From Chiloscyllium plagiosum (Eukaryota), in assembly GCF_004010195.1 (NCBI RefSeq), contig NC_057719.1, positions 86,473,286 to 86,537,285 on the forward strand: a stretch of DNA of 64,000 bases. The letters are read 5' to 3'. Numbering within the stretch: position 1 is the first letter of the stretch; every line of letters starts with the position of its first letter. Shown piece after piece: positions 1 to 13,446 of this stretch. Position numbers and translations under genes: made by a program. The notes under the pieces are model-generated. The model had not been told where the DNA came from. It made no database searches and saw only the letters and a program-made list of their open reading frames with translations.

Positions 1-559
1 ACAGTCATCTTGGACCTGTTGGTTTCCTCTGATTGTAGTCCAACTCCTGATATTCAGTTAGCACAATCTAATCTGTTCTCTTTGTTTATAAAATGCGCCA
101 ACACTAGAATGTGAAGTTGTTGGGTTGCTATTGAAGCCTATTAATAGGCGTGCTTTAGATGCTGCTGCTTGTATGTGGTATGGTTATTTAACAAGAAAGT
201 GCTCTAATGACTTAGTTCGTGTATGCAGCATTCTTGACATCATTCTGATAGTGTGTTTTTGGCTTCATTTCTAATCTGGGCTGAAGCTAAACAGGTTTAC
301 AAGTTGTAGCACTATAAAATTGTCCTCAGCACCTATGAACTACGGAAGATTACTGCCCTGAGCAATACCAAGTGATTGCTTACATAATATTTTTATGGAT
401 TAGGTAACAAGATTCTGGAGTCTTCCATAGTTCAATGAAATCAGTTGTAAGGAGCATCATAAAGGAGTCGAGAGAGATGAAGATGTTTAGGAAATATATT
501 TCAGAACTTGGAAGTAAGCCAGCTTTGAAGATACTGCTGTCACTGGTAAAACAAAGATG

Positions 560-1220
560 CAAGAGGAGTACAGCAATGTTAAACATCTGGAGAGCTTAGA
601 GAGTACAAAGGTGAAGCCGAACAAGGTTATTGAGAAATTTGGGAGCAAGAACGAGAATTTTAAGATTCGGCATTGTTGGACTGGGCATCTATGTAAGTCA
701 GCAAGCACAAAGATGCGGGATGAATTAACCGTAGTACAAGTTAAGATACAGGCGGTACAGTTTTGGATGAACTTGTGGAAGGTCGGAAACTTACAAAGAG
801 TCTGTTTGCACAGTTCAAGCAGAGAGAGTACTAAAGCTATGTGTGAGAGTTTCAATAGTAAATGAACTGAGGCAGGATCAGAGATTGATAGTAGTATGGA
901 AGTGGATGTGGATGATTTTGATAATGAAGAATCTGACAAGGGGTCAGTAACTTATCTCTGTATCAAATCAAAAGCCCTAGAGTGAAAGAGTTGTCATTCA
1001 GCCATAGACAACTGTTAGGGAGAGTGAAGAAGTCACTGGCTAGGGAATGGAATTTGTCATGGGGATCAGAGGCATTAATTTCAATCTTCCTAATGTTTAA
1101 TTGGATGAAATATATCCTCATCCAGTCCTTGATATTAAACAAATAGAATGCTACATACATCACAGGCAATAGAGGAGTTGAGAAAAGTTTGCCAGCAAAA
1201 GTGTGGAATCTGTCCACTTG
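560..1220 (-). mobile_element. Old L2-type LINE fragment
   Basis: Minus-strand peptide IKDWMRIYFIQLNIRKIEI resembles the L2 RT C-terminal motif; heavily decayed. Confidence 0.6.
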
Positions 1221-1359
1221 TAGAGTCCTAGAGATCTACAGTATAGATAAAGTCCCTTCAGCCCATCAATGTCCTTGCCTGTCAAAATAAAACCACCTAA
1301 TCCCATTTTCCAGCACTTGACCTATCGCCTTGTATGCCTTGCAAGTGCACATCTAAATG

Positions 1360-3644
1360 CGACATATGAGCAATTTACTGCAGACGCTGGGATCTGTACT
1401 TAAAATAAAATGCTGGAAATCACAGCGGGCCAGGCAGCATCCATAGAGAGAGATCTGGCTAACATCTCAAGTCTAGATGACTTCTCATCAGAGTTGATGT
1501 GAAGTGTGGAGGGGGCAGCATTTTATGCAGCAGTGGAGGGTGGAGTGCTGAGGGAGTAAGGGTGCTATATATTAAGTGATGGGAATGTGAGAATGGCAGA
1601 GCATTGGTGTGTCTAACTGCCAAACTGGAAAGAACAGACACTGGAATGGGGGGGGGGGGGGGAGAAATGGGGGAGGGAGGAGGGGAGGACGTGGTGACAG
1701 AGAATGCAACATGTAAAGCTAAAAGAAAGGGCAGGAATGGGAGTGAGTTCACAATCTGAAGGTGTTGAATGCAATAAATTCAGAAAGTTGTAAAGTGCCT
1801 GAAGATGAAATGTTGTTCCTCCCAGTTTCTGCTGTGATTTGTTAAAGCATTGCAGCATTGCCCAAAGGACCCGTTCCTGTGCTATATTGTTCTACGTTCT
1901 ATTACAGCATGCCAAGAACAGACAAGTGGGCATGTGAGCAGGATGCTGTGTTAAAATGACTGGCTATGGGAAGGTCAGGGTCATGCTTGCATACAGACTA
2001 GAGCTATTGCACAAAGCGGTCACTCGGTCTGCGTTTGGTTTCTGCTACTTAGAGTTGGATGCAACAAATACCATGGACCAGATTAGAGGATGTCCAGGTG
2101 AAATGCTGCTTCACCTGGAAAGACTGTTTAGGTCCTTGGATAGTGAGCAGGGTGGAGCTGAAGGGACAGGTGTTGCGCCTGCGGTTACATGGAAAGGTGG
2201 CATGGGAGGTGGGGGAGATTTGGTGTTGGTAGACTAGGGTGTCCCGGTGGTAACAGTCCCTGCAAAATGCAGATGAGGGAGTGAGGGGAACATGTGCTTG
2301 TTAGTGGCGTTTTGCTGGAGTTGTCTGAAATGGCAGAGAATTGTCTCTTAAATATGGAGATTGATGGGATGAAAAGTGAGGACAAGGGGGACCCATTCAC
2401 ATTGTTGTGAGTGATGGGAAGGGGCAAGGGCAGAAGCCTGGATGATAGGTCAGATGCGGATGAGGGCCCTGTCAACCACAGTGGGTGGGAAACTGCGGTT
2501 ATGGAAGATTGAAGACATGTTGTGAAGGTGGCATCATTCAAACAGATATGATGCAAGTGAAGTAAATGGGAGAATGGTATGGAATCCTTACATAACGTGT
2601 AGTGTGAAGAGCTGTAGTGAAGATAGCAATGGGAGTCAGAGGCTTCATAGTGGATGACAGTGGACAGTTTATTCCCCAAAATATCCTCACTTTTTATCCC
2701 ACTGGCCTCTGCATTCAAAGGATCATTCTGTGCCATTTCAGACAACTCCAGCAGAACGCCACCACCATACACTACTTCCCTTCACTCTCTACAAAATGCA
2801 TGCAGGGAGACCATTCCCTTCAGGACATCCTAGTCCATTTCTTGCCCACCAACACCACCCTGCTTCCTACGCCACCTTCCCATATAACCACAACAGGTGC
2901 AACTCTTGCCCTTCACCACCTCCCTGCTTACCATCCAAGGGCCTGAACAGACTTTCCAAGTTGAAGCAGTGTTTCACCTATACCTCCTCCACTTTGGTCT
3001 ATTGCATTTGCTGCACCCAATGTGGCCTACTCGACATTGGAGAAACTAAATGCAGACTGGGTGACCGCTTTGCAGAACACCTCCATCCATACGCAGGCAT
3101 GATGCCAACCCTCCCATAGCCAGTTATTTTAACACTGCATCTTCTCTCATGCCCAGTTGTCTGTACCCGGCATGCTGCAATGCTCCAATGCGAGTCACAG
3201 TGCAAACTGAAGGAACAACGTCCCATCTTCAGACTAGGCATTTTACACGTTTCTAGACTTAACATTGCATTCAACATCTTCAGATTGTGAATGCAGTCCC
3301 GTTCATTCCCTTTCTTTTAGCTTTACCTGTTGCATTTTCTGTCACCATGTCATCCTCTTTTCCCCCCCCCACCCTCACCCCCACCCCCCACTCCAGTGAG
3401 ACTGTCTGTTCTTTCCAGTTTGGCAGTTAGACATACCATTGTTCTGCCATTCTCATATTCAAATCACTTAATCTGCACTATCAGCACCCTTACTTCCCCA
3501 GCAGTCCGCCCTCCACTGCTGCATAAATGCTGCCCCCTTCTTCTTGTCGTCTCTGATGAGTTATCCAGACTTGAATGTTAGCTTGCTCTCTCACTTTAGA
3601 TGCTGCCTGACCCGCTGTGATTTGTAGCAATTTTTTGTTTTCAG
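1360..3644. mobile_element. Penelope-like retroelement with inverted arrangement, inserted in a CR1 3' end
   Basis: Minus arm about 1360-2670 has RT C-terminus (DSHCYLHYSSSH..CKDSIPFS); plus arm about 2670-3644 has GIY-YIG (LVYCICCTQCGLLDIGETKCRLGDRFAEHL); terminal repeats inverted; tctaaatg TSD at 1352 and 3645. Confidence 0.88.
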
Positions 3645-3867
3645 TCTAAATGTTACTTAAATGTTGTGAGTGTCTCTGTCTCTACTGCCCTTACAGGGAG
3701 TTCCGGATTCCTGCCATCCTCAGTGAATAAAGTTCCTTACTTATTTTTGGAGGGTATCGATGAAACTTAGCATGTAGATGAGAAATGAGAGTGAAGTCCA
3801 ATCAGCCCCTCCACCCATGATGCAGTTGGCAATTTGTGATCTTTGTTGCCCCTTGTTTTATTTTCAG

Positions 3868-4009
3868 ACAAATGTGGCTCTTGTGGCCCCCCTCTTACGT
3901 TTGGAGAACAATCACTGTCACATTGAAGAAAGTGAACATGTACTGAAGAAAGCACACAAATACAGCGAGCTCATCATTCTGTATGAAAAGAAGGGTCTGC
4001 ATGAGAAAG
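3868..4009 (+). CDS. VPS39: VPS39 internal coding exon (TNVALVAPLLRLENNHCHIEESEHVLKKAHKYSELIILYEKKGLHEK); first exon visible in window
   Basis: ttttcag acceptor, GT donor at 4010; peptide matches vertebrate Vps39 as recalled; 142 nt, phase 0 to 1. Confidence 0.96.
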
Positions 4010-4591
4010 GTGTCAAGATTTGTTCATTGTATTTTTATTTTTAATTTTCTCTTGTAAACTTAGAAGCAGGAGGAGGCCATTTAGTGCTCAAGCTATTGCA
4101 CTATTCTGTTTGATCATCTGTATCTTTACTGTTTTGACTTACTATGCTTTGTAACCCTTAATACATCTTTGAATGCAAACCTGTTAATCTTTGTGCCAAA
4201 ATTTTTAATTGATCCCCAATCTTTTTGGGGGCAGTGGAGGAAAAACTACCAGATTTCTGATACCTTATTTAAGAAGTGACTTCTCATGTCATCCCTGAAC
4301 CACCTAGTTCTAATTCAATTGCAGCGTCCTCTTGTTACGGATTATCCTCACCAAAAGAAATTATGTCTCTCATATTTTCTTACATTACAATGGCAGTTGT
4401 ATAATGGTCCTAAAACCACAATTACATTGCCCCTTAATATTTTCTACACAAATATATACAAACTTAGTGCTGGCCTTGGAAAGGCTTTAATAATTATTGT
4501 CACATTGTGTAGTGAAATAATTTCCTGTTGCTGCTCTGCATCTGCACTCTTTCATCTTTAATGATGAGAAATTTACTGTTTCCCACTGTAG

Positions 4592-4678
4592 CCCTGCAGG
4601 TTCTCCTAGACCAGGCAAAGAAAGCCAATTCACCACTAAAAGGCCATGAGCGAACTGTGCAGTACCTCCAACGACTGG
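4592..4678 (+). CDS. VPS39: VPS39 exon (ALQVLLDQAKKANSPLKGHERTVQYLQRL)
   Basis: ctgtag acceptor, gttagt donor at 4679; 87 nt, phase 1 to 1; continues the Vps39 peptide. Confidence 0.95.
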
Positions 4679-5250
4679 GTTAGTAAGGATTCCAATTTTT
4701 GTATAATACACTCAATGACTAACAATGCCCTATAATATACAATCCTGACAATCAAATTGATAAAGACACTGGCCAAATAAGCAAAACGCTTGATCATGGC
4801 ATTATGGTGTGTTAGCTAATCTGAGACCAAGCAAGGATTTACTGTTAGAATTGGTCTCTATACTTAGTACCTACAGTGAAGAAAACAGCAATTGATCGTG
4901 ATCCAGTATAGTATAGAGTGAGATCAAGAATGGTTTTGATGCACAGTTATGAGCATTTATTATTCAGATTCTGATATTCAGTTGTGTTGGCAAGGAGAAA
5001 GCTGTCAGTATTAATGTTTAATCATGAGCATATATAAAATCTGAAATTTTATAAATAGGAAATCTGACGCAGAATGCTTGTGAAAGCATCAAGATTCGGG
5101 CAGTCATTTGAAGTTCTCCATTAAATTTGAAGTTCTGTTATTTTGGGTTTGATCAGTCAACACTACTTGCACTTAACTTAAGCAAGTGGTGTTGCAGATG
5201 AAGCTGTTCTCTATATCTCTCTGCTCTAATCTATTTCTGTTTCTTTTCAG

Positions 5251-5324
5251 GGAAAGACAACTTGAATATTATTTTTGAGTTTTCTCTATGGGTTCTAAAA
5301 GCATGTCCAGAAGATGGGTTAAAG
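5251..5324 (+). CDS. VPS39: VPS39 exon (GKDNLNIIFEFSLWVLKACPEDGLK)
   Basis: ttcttttcag acceptor, gtacga donor; 74 nt, phase 1 to 0. Confidence 0.95.
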
Positions 5325-5712
5325 GTACGATTCAAAATATTCTTTAAAGTTTTATTTTCAGCTAAGGATCAAATCTGCAATGTTATAATCAATTAAATCC
5401 GTGTTCTGCAAGCACCTTGCTGTAGACTTTTAATCAAATCCTTCAGAAATGTTATTATACATGTCTAGAGCAGGTTGGCCTTGAGGGAGTTCAACCACTG
5501 TGCCATAAGAGTCTCAGCACTTTTCTATATACTTACAATTCATTAAGCTGATGTTCAACTCTACCTTGTACAATATTTATCTGCAAGAGAAAATTGTTTA
5601 CCTGCAGCAGCATGATGAAGATGGATGTTGTAGATAGGGCAATGTGTGACATGAATGGAAGGGTGCTGTTTGCAGCAGAAATGAAGTTGTGAATAATTCC
5701 TTCTGTGTTCAG

Positions 5713-5811
5713 ATATTTACTGAGGATCTGCCTGAGGTAGAAAACTTACCAAGAATCAAAGTGTTGGACTTCCTAAAGGATAGCTGTAAGGAACTTGCTA
5801 TTCCATATCTG
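5713..5811 (+). CDS. VPS39: VPS39 exon (IFTEDLPEVENLPRIKVLDFLKDSCKELAIPYL)
   Basis: gttcag acceptor, gtaaga donor; 99 nt, phase 0 to 0. Confidence 0.96.
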
Positions 5812-6127
5812 GTAAGAACCATTCTTGTTTGTATGCTGTATTAACATTCATCACAAGTGGTGCTTCCCCCATTTCATATACCACTCTATGTAAATTTCGC
5901 CTCTGAATGATTACTTGAAGTGGGTAAAAAGTGATGATTGCATGGTTTGATTTTCAAACATTTCCATTCTGCTTGCTATGTAATTGTATGATAAATTTGA
6001 ACAAACAGCACAATAAAATAGAAAGCATGAAATGTGTATTGCAGCCGAGAATAAACTATTCTCCTACCCATCCTTGTTGCTTCATCTAAATAATTTCCTG
6101 TACAGTCGTCTATTATTTCACCCAAAT

Positions 6128-6710
6128 AGACTCATAAAGATGTACAGCACAGAAACAAACCCTTCGGTCCAACTTGTCCATACTGAGCAGATATCCTAAC
6201 CTCCATCTAGTCCCATTAGCCAGTACTTGGCCCATATCCTTCTAAACCCTTCCTATTCATATACCCATCCAGATGTCTTTTAAATACTGTAATTTTACCA
6301 GCTTCCACCACTTTTAGCAGCTCATTCCATTCACACACCACCCCGTGTGTGAAAAAGTTGCTTTTAAATATTTCCCCTCTCACCCTAAACCTATGCCTTC
6401 TAATTCTGGACTCCCCAACCCCAGGGAAAAGACTTTGTGTCTATTTATCCTATCCATGCCCCTCATGACTTTATAAACCTCGATAAAGGTCACCCTCATC
6501 CTCCAATGCTCCAGGGAAAACAGCCCCAGCCTATTCAACCTTTCCTCCAACCAAATCCTCCAACCCTGGCAACATCCTTGTAAATCTTATTTGAATCCTT
6601 TCAAGTTTCACAACATCCTTCCGATAGGAAGGCAACTAGAATTGCATGCAATATTCCAAAAATGGCCTAACTAATGTCATGTACAGCCACAGCATGACTT
6701 TCCAACTCCA
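6128..6710 (-). mobile_element. CR1 (HER1-like) LINE 3' fragment
   Basis: Reverse complement of the CR1 3' end seen at 8830-9685 and 49414-50270. Confidence 0.85.
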
Positions 6711-6714
6711 ATAG

Positions 6715-6945
6715 AGGTCCTCTCCCTCAACAATTTCCCCTTTGATTCCTCTCAAATTCTTCAGACCAAAGGAGTAGCCATGGGCACTCGTATCGGCCCA
6801 GCTGTACCTGCCTCTTCGTCAGACATGTGGAGCAGTCCATCTCCCACAGTTACACCGGCACCATTCCCCACCTTTTCCTCCACTACATTGATGACTGTAT
6901 AGACGTTACCTTGTGCTCCCATGATGAGGTTGAACAGTTTACTTA
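6715..6945 (+). mobile_element. Penelope RT fragment
   Basis: QTKGVAMGTRIGP and YIDDCI RT motifs. Confidence 0.8.
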
Positions 6946-7044
6946 TCCTGGATTGATGATGTTACAACAGGATATGGGTCGTGTTCATTTTGTTTATGTA
7001 GGTCAGAGTTATGATGTCAGAACAGTAGCAATCTCCTCACTGAC

Positions 7045-7310
7045 TTAGAGGTTTGAGACTTCAGAGACTTAAGCAGATAATATAGATTAACATACAGTGC
7101 ACTAGTGAGAGAACCCTAAACTGTCAGAGGTGACTTGTGGTTCAAAATGCCATCCACCTTCTCAGATGTCAAAGTTGTCTAATGCAAGAAGTGATCTGGC
7201 CAATATTTGTTCTTTAACTTAAAAAAAAAACTGGTAATTTTCTCCATATTGTTTTTGGGACTGTTATATGTGCAAATTGGCTGCCATGTTTCCTACATTA
7301 CAGTGCCTTC
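7045..7310 (+). mobile_element. Old Deu-domain-type SINE remnant (similar remnants near 15000-15110 minus and 26010-26160 plus)
   Basis: gagacttaagcagataat...cagtgcactagtgag...ctgtcagaggtg...tggccaatattt resembles shark Deu-SINE core as recalled; highly diverged. Confidence 0.5.
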
Positions 7311-8025
7311 ACTTGAGGAGAAAACTTCATTCTCATACAAAGAAATCCAGTAGTACTTTGATCATGGGATTACAAGCTACAAAAAAAACAAGAGCTTGCA
7401 TTTATTTAGTGCCCAAAATGCTTCACAGGAGCATTATCAAAGATTTGGCACAGAACCACATGAGTCATTAGAAAAAAGTCACTAAAAACTTGGTCAAATA
7501 CAGTCAATATTTGGGATTGTTTTGAAGGTGAAAGCAGAAGGATTAGGGTGGTAATTCCAATCTTGAGTGTAGATAACTGAAACATGATTGATGAAACATC
7601 CAGTTTGTGTCACTTCTAGAAGAACGAATGAGCTTGAGAGGGTGCAGTTAGAAATTACCAGGATAAGAAATTTTAGCAACAATGTTATCTTGGAAAATCA
7701 GGGATTGTTCTCCTTGGCGCAAAGATTATTGAGGAGATATTAAACCAATATTGGAATATTTTGACAGGTTTGGAATAATTGAAATTCAGGATGTTCAAAA
7801 TTAGAAGAGCACAGTGATCTCAGGATTGTAAGACTGGAAGAATTGAGATATCAGTCAGATGCTCTATGATTGATTCTGCATATTTCTGACTCTTCATTCT
7901 TGAGGAAATTATCTGCAGCAGTGTGTCCTCTAATCATTTGCCCATATTCTAAGCTGACCCCATTCTGGCTACTGCTACTTTATGCTACCACAGGACCTCT
8001 AAATTGAACAATGAATTTTAATTTT

Positions 8026-8365
8026 AAACAAAACTAGAAATTGCTGGAAAATGCACCAAATCTGGCAGTATCTGTGGAGAGAAAGCAGAGTTAACATTTT
8101 AGGTTGAGTGACCCTTCCTCAGAACTTTGTATCTATCTTTTTATCTATCTTAATCTTACTATGAAGTTGTGCTTCTGTAACTTGCGTTTCCTTAGGAGTG
8201 TTCACAACATTTTTTGGATGCAACTCTGAACCAAAGTCCATCACTTCTGTAAAACAAAAGAAAGAACTTCGGATGCTGTAGATGTGAAACGATAAAAGAA
8301 ATTGCTGAAGAAACTCAGCTAGTCTGGCAGCAGACACTTCTGTCCACCAATGTTGCCAGATCAGA
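8026..8365 (-). mobile_element. Two decayed Penelope terminal-repeat fragments
   Basis: gctggaaaa...ggcagtatctgtggagag...gacccttcctcag; reverse strand shows a decayed CTGAGGA-GGGTC core. Confidence 0.65.
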
Positions 8366-8829
8366 GTCTGCACAGATATAGCATAGGAATAGATCCTTCA
8401 GTCCAACGAGTTCAAGCTAACCATGTTCCCAAATGTTTAAACAAGTCCCATCAGCCTGCGCTTGGCAAGTATTCCTCAACTTTTTCTGTTTATGCATTAA
8501 TGAAGTATCTTTTAAATGTGTAACTGCACATGTATCCACCACTTCCTCTGGTAGTTCATTATACACACTCACCACTGCGTGTGTAAAAGAAATTGCCTTT
8601 CATGTCCCTTTTAAATCTTTCACTTCTCACCTTAAAAATATGCCCCCAGTTTTGAACTACCCTACTTTAGGGAAATGACCTTGTCTATTCACCTTATCAA
8701 TGCTCCTCATGATTTTATAAATCTCTTTGATGTCACTCCTTGACATCAGTAGTGTTACCATCACTCAGTCCTCCACTATCAACATCCTGGCGGTTATTAT
8801 TGACCAGAAACTCAACTGAACTCTTCACA

Positions 8830-9685
8830 GTACACGGGATCTTGATCAGATAGGTCAATGGGCTGAAGCCTGGCAGATGGAATTTAATTTAGATTAATGT
8901 GAGGTGCTGCACTTTGGAAAGGCAAATCAGAGCAGGACTTATACACTTAATGGTAAGGTCCTGGGGCATGTTGCTGAAGCAAAAGACCTTGAAATGCAGG
9001 TTCATAGTTCCTTGAAAGTGGAGTTGCAGGTAGATAAGATAGTGAAGAAAGCATTTGGTACGCTTTCCTTTATTGGTCAGAGCATTGCATATAGGAGTTG
9101 TAAGGTCATGTTGCAGCTGAACAGGACATTGGTTAGGCCACTTTTAGAATATTGTGTGCAATTCTGGTCTCCCTCTTATGGGAATGATGTTGTGAAACTT
9201 GAAAGGGTTCAGAAAAGCTTTACAAGGATGTTGCCAGGGTTGGAGGGCTTGAGCGATAGGGAGAGGCTGAATATTTTGGGGCTGTTTTCCCTGCAACGTT
9301 AGACGCTGAGGGGTGACTTTATAGAGGTTTATAAAATCATCAAGGGCATGGATAGGGTAAATAGGTCTTTTCCCTAGAGTCGGGAAGTCCAGAGCTAGAG
9401 GGCATAGGTTTGGAGTGAGAGGGGAAACATTTAAATGGATCTAAGGGGCAACCTTTTCACTCAAAAGGTGGTACATGTATGGAATGAGCTGCCAGAGGAA
9501 GTGGAGGAGGCTGATACAATTACAACATTTAAAATGCACCTGGTTAGGTATATGAATAAGAAGGGTTTAGAGGGATATGGGCCAAGTGCTAGCAAATGGG
9601 ACTAGATTAGCATATCTGATTGGCATGGATGAGATGGACCAAAGGGTCTGTTTCTGTATTGTGACTCTGACGCATCTCTATGACT
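8830..9685 (+). mobile_element. CR1 (HER1-like) LINE 3' portion
   Basis: ORF 8904..9302 has LVRPLLEYCVQFWSP..LERVQ; ends in tatgact-type tail; flanked by older minus-strand CR1 pieces (8380-8740, 9690-10000). Confidence 0.92.
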
Positions 9686-10184
9686 AGGACTCAACCTCCT
9701 ACATTCCAATGAAAAAGTCTCAGTCTATCCTACCTATCCTAATAAATCAAATCTTCTATTCCCAGCAACATCCTGATAAATTTTTTCTGAACCATCTCCA
9801 ATTTATTAATATCCTGTCTATAACAGGGCAACCCGAACTGCACACAGTACTCCCGAAGAGGCTTCCCCAACGTCCTGTAAATCTCAATGCAATGTTCCAA
9901 ACCTATACTCAAAAGCCTGAGCAATGCAGGCAAGCATTCTAAACGTCTTTTTAACTACCCTAATGGTTTGTGTTGCAAATTTCAAAAAATTACGTACAGT
10001 ACCTGAATCACTAGGTCTCTCCATTCCAGCTTTTGTTCCATATCTTCCAGTTCTGCTTTTAATCTTTTTTTCTCAACCTTATTCTTCATCCACATTGGGC
10101 ATCCCTTTCCTATTACAATACCTCATTTTGTTTATCTTTTTTATCTTGTTTATCTTCAAAATTCCTTGCACAATCCATCAACAT

Positions 10185-10515
10185 GGGCGGCACGGTGGCT
10201 CAGTGGTTAGCACTGCTGCCTCACAGGACTAGAGACCCAGGTTCGATTCCAGCCTCAGGCAACTGTCTGTGTGATGTTTGCACATCCTCCCCAGGTTTCC
10301 TCCCAGTGCTCCAGTTTCCTCCCACAATCCAAAGATGTACAGCTTAGGTGAATTGGCCATGCTAAATTGCACATAGTGTTCAGGCATGTATAGGCTAGGT
10401 GCATTAGATGGGGTTAATGTAGAGTTGGGGAATGGGTCTGGGTGGGTTCCTCTTCAGAGGGTTGGTGTGGACTTGTAGGGCCAAATGGTCCATTTCCATA
10501 CTGTAGGGATTCTAT
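10185..10515 (+). mobile_element. HE1/V-SINE
   Basis: tRNA-like head with A box (tggctcagtgg) and B box (ggttcgattcc), central V-like domain, LINE-derived tail. Confidence 0.9.
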
Positions 10516-11019
10516 AGAGCACTACTGTACTTTCCTTCTTTACTATTGCCTTCCCAGACTTTCTTTTTAAATGAGCCTCTGACTTCCTTGTGTGCCTTTT
10601 TTGTTTCAGCATCCTCTGAGAGCCATTCGCAGCACTCACCATTGTGTTTGCTGTACATAGAGACAATTAGTACCATTCTAATTTCATGCTGATTTACATG
10701 CCACTATTTGTTAATCTTTCTAATCTCCCTCCCTTCTGATGCTCACTCCGATGGACTCTGCTGCCAGGTCCCTGTCACTCATAAGTGTACTATTGATGAT
10801 TGCAGAAAGATTAGCCTCTTAGTCTAAAGATTGGCAGGCCGAATGGATTAACCATTGTAAATGTAGGCTTATAGGGATAGAGAAGGGGTCTGGGTCTGAC
10901 GGGATGCTGGTCAGAGGTTCAGTGTGGATTCGGTGGGCTGAAATAGCCTACTTCCAACTGTCGGGATTCCATGATTTTTAATTAAACTTCTACTCTTGAC
11001 TACACCTTTCCCCAAATCA

Positions 11020-13030
11020 CTGAAGTGAGAAAGAGAGCTAAGAAGAGCCAGGAGTAGACATGAGAAACTGTCGGCAAATAGGATCAAGGAAAACCTTAAG
11101 ACGTTGTAGAGGTATACCAGGAGTAAAAGAATGATTAGAGTAATATTAGGGCCAATCAAGCTTAGTAGTGGGAAGTTGTGCATGGAGTCAGAGGAGATGG
11201 GGCAAATGCTAAATGAATACTTTTCATCCGTATTCACGCTAGAAAAAGGCAATGAGATACAAGTTACTAGACTACATGGGATTGAGGTGCGTAAGGAGGA
11301 GGTGTTCGCAATTCTGGAAAATGTAAAAGTAGATAAGTCCCCTGGGTCGGATGGGGTTTATCCTTGGATTCTCTGGGAAGCCAGGGAGGCGATTGCAAAG
11401 CCTTTTGGCTTTGATCTTTGTCATTGTTGTCTACAGGAATAGTGTCAGAAGACTGGTAGGTAGCAAATGTTGTTCCCTTGTTCAAGAAGGGGAGTAGAGA
11501 CACCCCTGGAAATTATAAACCTGAGAGCCTTCTTTCGGTTGTGGATAAAGTGTTGGAAAGGGTTGTAAGACATAGGATTTATAATAATCTGAAAAGGAAT
11601 AAGTTGATTAGAAATAGTCAACATGGTTTTGTGAAGTGTAGGTCGAGCCTCACAAACCTTATTGAGTTCTTTGAGAAGGTGATCAAACAGGTGGATGAGG
11701 GTAAAGCAGTTGATGTGGTGTATACGGATATCAGTAAGGCATTTGATAAGGTTCCCTATGGTAGACTATTGCACAAAATATAGAGGCAAGGGATTGAGGG
11801 TGATTTAGCAGTTTGGATCAGAAATTGGCTAGCTGAAAGAAGACAGGGTGGTTGTTGATGGGAAATATTCATCTTGGAGTTCAATTACTAGTAGGATACC
11901 GCAGGGATCTGTTTTGGGTCTACTGTTGCTTGTCATTTATAAAAATGACCTGGATAACAGCATAGAAGGATGAATTTGTAAATTTGCGGATGGTACTAAC
12001 GTTGGTAGAGTCGTGGATAGTGACGAAGGATGTTGTAGTTTACAGAGAGACATAGATAAGCTGCAGAGCTGAGCTGAGAGGTGGCAAATAGAGTTTAATG
12101 CAGAAAGTGTGAGGGGATTCACTTTTGAAGGAGGAATAGAAATGCAGAGTACTTGGCTAGTGGTAGGATAGATGAGCAGAGAGATCTGTGTCCAGATACA
12201 TAGATCCTTGAAGGTTGCCACCCAGATTGATAGGTTTGTTAAGCAGGCCTATGGTGTGTTAGCTTTTATTGCTAGACGGATTGAGTTTCAGAACCATGAG
12301 GTCATGCTGCAGCTGTGCAAAATTCTGGTGCAGTCCCATTTGGAATATTGCATACAGTTCTGGTCACCCCATTATAGGAAGGATGTGGAAGCTTTGGAAA
12401 GGGTTCAGGAGATTTACTAAGATGTTGCCTGGTCTGGAGGGAAGGTCTTATGTGGAAAGGCTGAGGGACTTGAAGCTGTTTTCGTTGAAGAGAAGAAGGT
12501 TGAGAAGTGACTTAAATGAGACCTATAAGATAATCAGAGGTTAGATAGGTTGGACAGTGAGAGTCTTTGACCTATAAGATAATCAGAGGTTAGATAGGTT
12601 GGACAGTGAGAGTCTTTTTCCTAGGATGGCAATGGCTAGCACGAGGGGACATAGCTTTAAATTGAGAAGTTTGAAGAGAAGAAGGTTGAGAAGTGACTTA
12701 AATGAGACCTATAAGATAATCAGAGGTTAGATAGGTTGGACAGTGAGAGTCTTTTTCCTAGGATGGCAATCCTAGGACGAGGGGACATAGCTTTAAATTG
12801 AGAAGTGATAGATGTTAGATGTCAGACGTAGTTTCTTTACTCGAGTAGTAGGGACGTGGAACGTACTGCCTGCAGCAGTCGTAGACTCGCTAACTTTAAG
12901 GGCATTTAAATGCTTATTGGATAGGCATCTGGAGGAGAATGGTAGGTTAGATGGGCTTCAGATTTATTCCACAGGTCAGCATAACATTGAGGGCCGAAGG
13001 GCCTGTACTGCTCCATAATGTTCTATGTTT
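11020..13030 (+). mobile_element. CR1 LINE ORF2 (RT) fragment with internal duplications
   Basis: KSPGSDG, QHGFVK..SLTNLIEFFE, DISKAFDKVP, LEYCIQFWSPHY motifs; ttctatg tail. Confidence 0.93.
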
Positions 13031-13446
13031 GTGGAGATGTGACCCATAACACAAACAATAATATTGTAGTTATCTTCCCAATCTTGGAGCTTCTCCTTTG
13101 ACCCTCTCACCTTGTTCAAATCTTTGAAATATTCATCTTGTTTAATGTCCTCATTCTCTACCAAAGATTTAACCCTAGAAACTAACCTTGTGGTGCTATT
13201 GCTTTTTAAGACTGAGCTCCACTATTCTTCTCAACTTCTCAAAGTGCTTTGATTCTCCTGCCACTAGCAGCACTCTGTTCTTTAGGTAAACTGATGGGAT
13301 ATTTCCTCATCAGGAGGCATGGATCTGAGACAGCTCAACAATGCATCTTTACCCAGTCAAATTGACTTTTATTGATACCATAACTGTCACAGGTTGTCTT
13401 TATTAATGTCGTAGAAATAAATGTTGTTTATCCTCCTCTTTCCTAG

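Noticed and set aside
12485..12806. Repeat-spacer-like pattern suggesting CRISPR
   Set aside because: Eukaryotic context; units are CR1 sequence with no unique spacers and no cas genes
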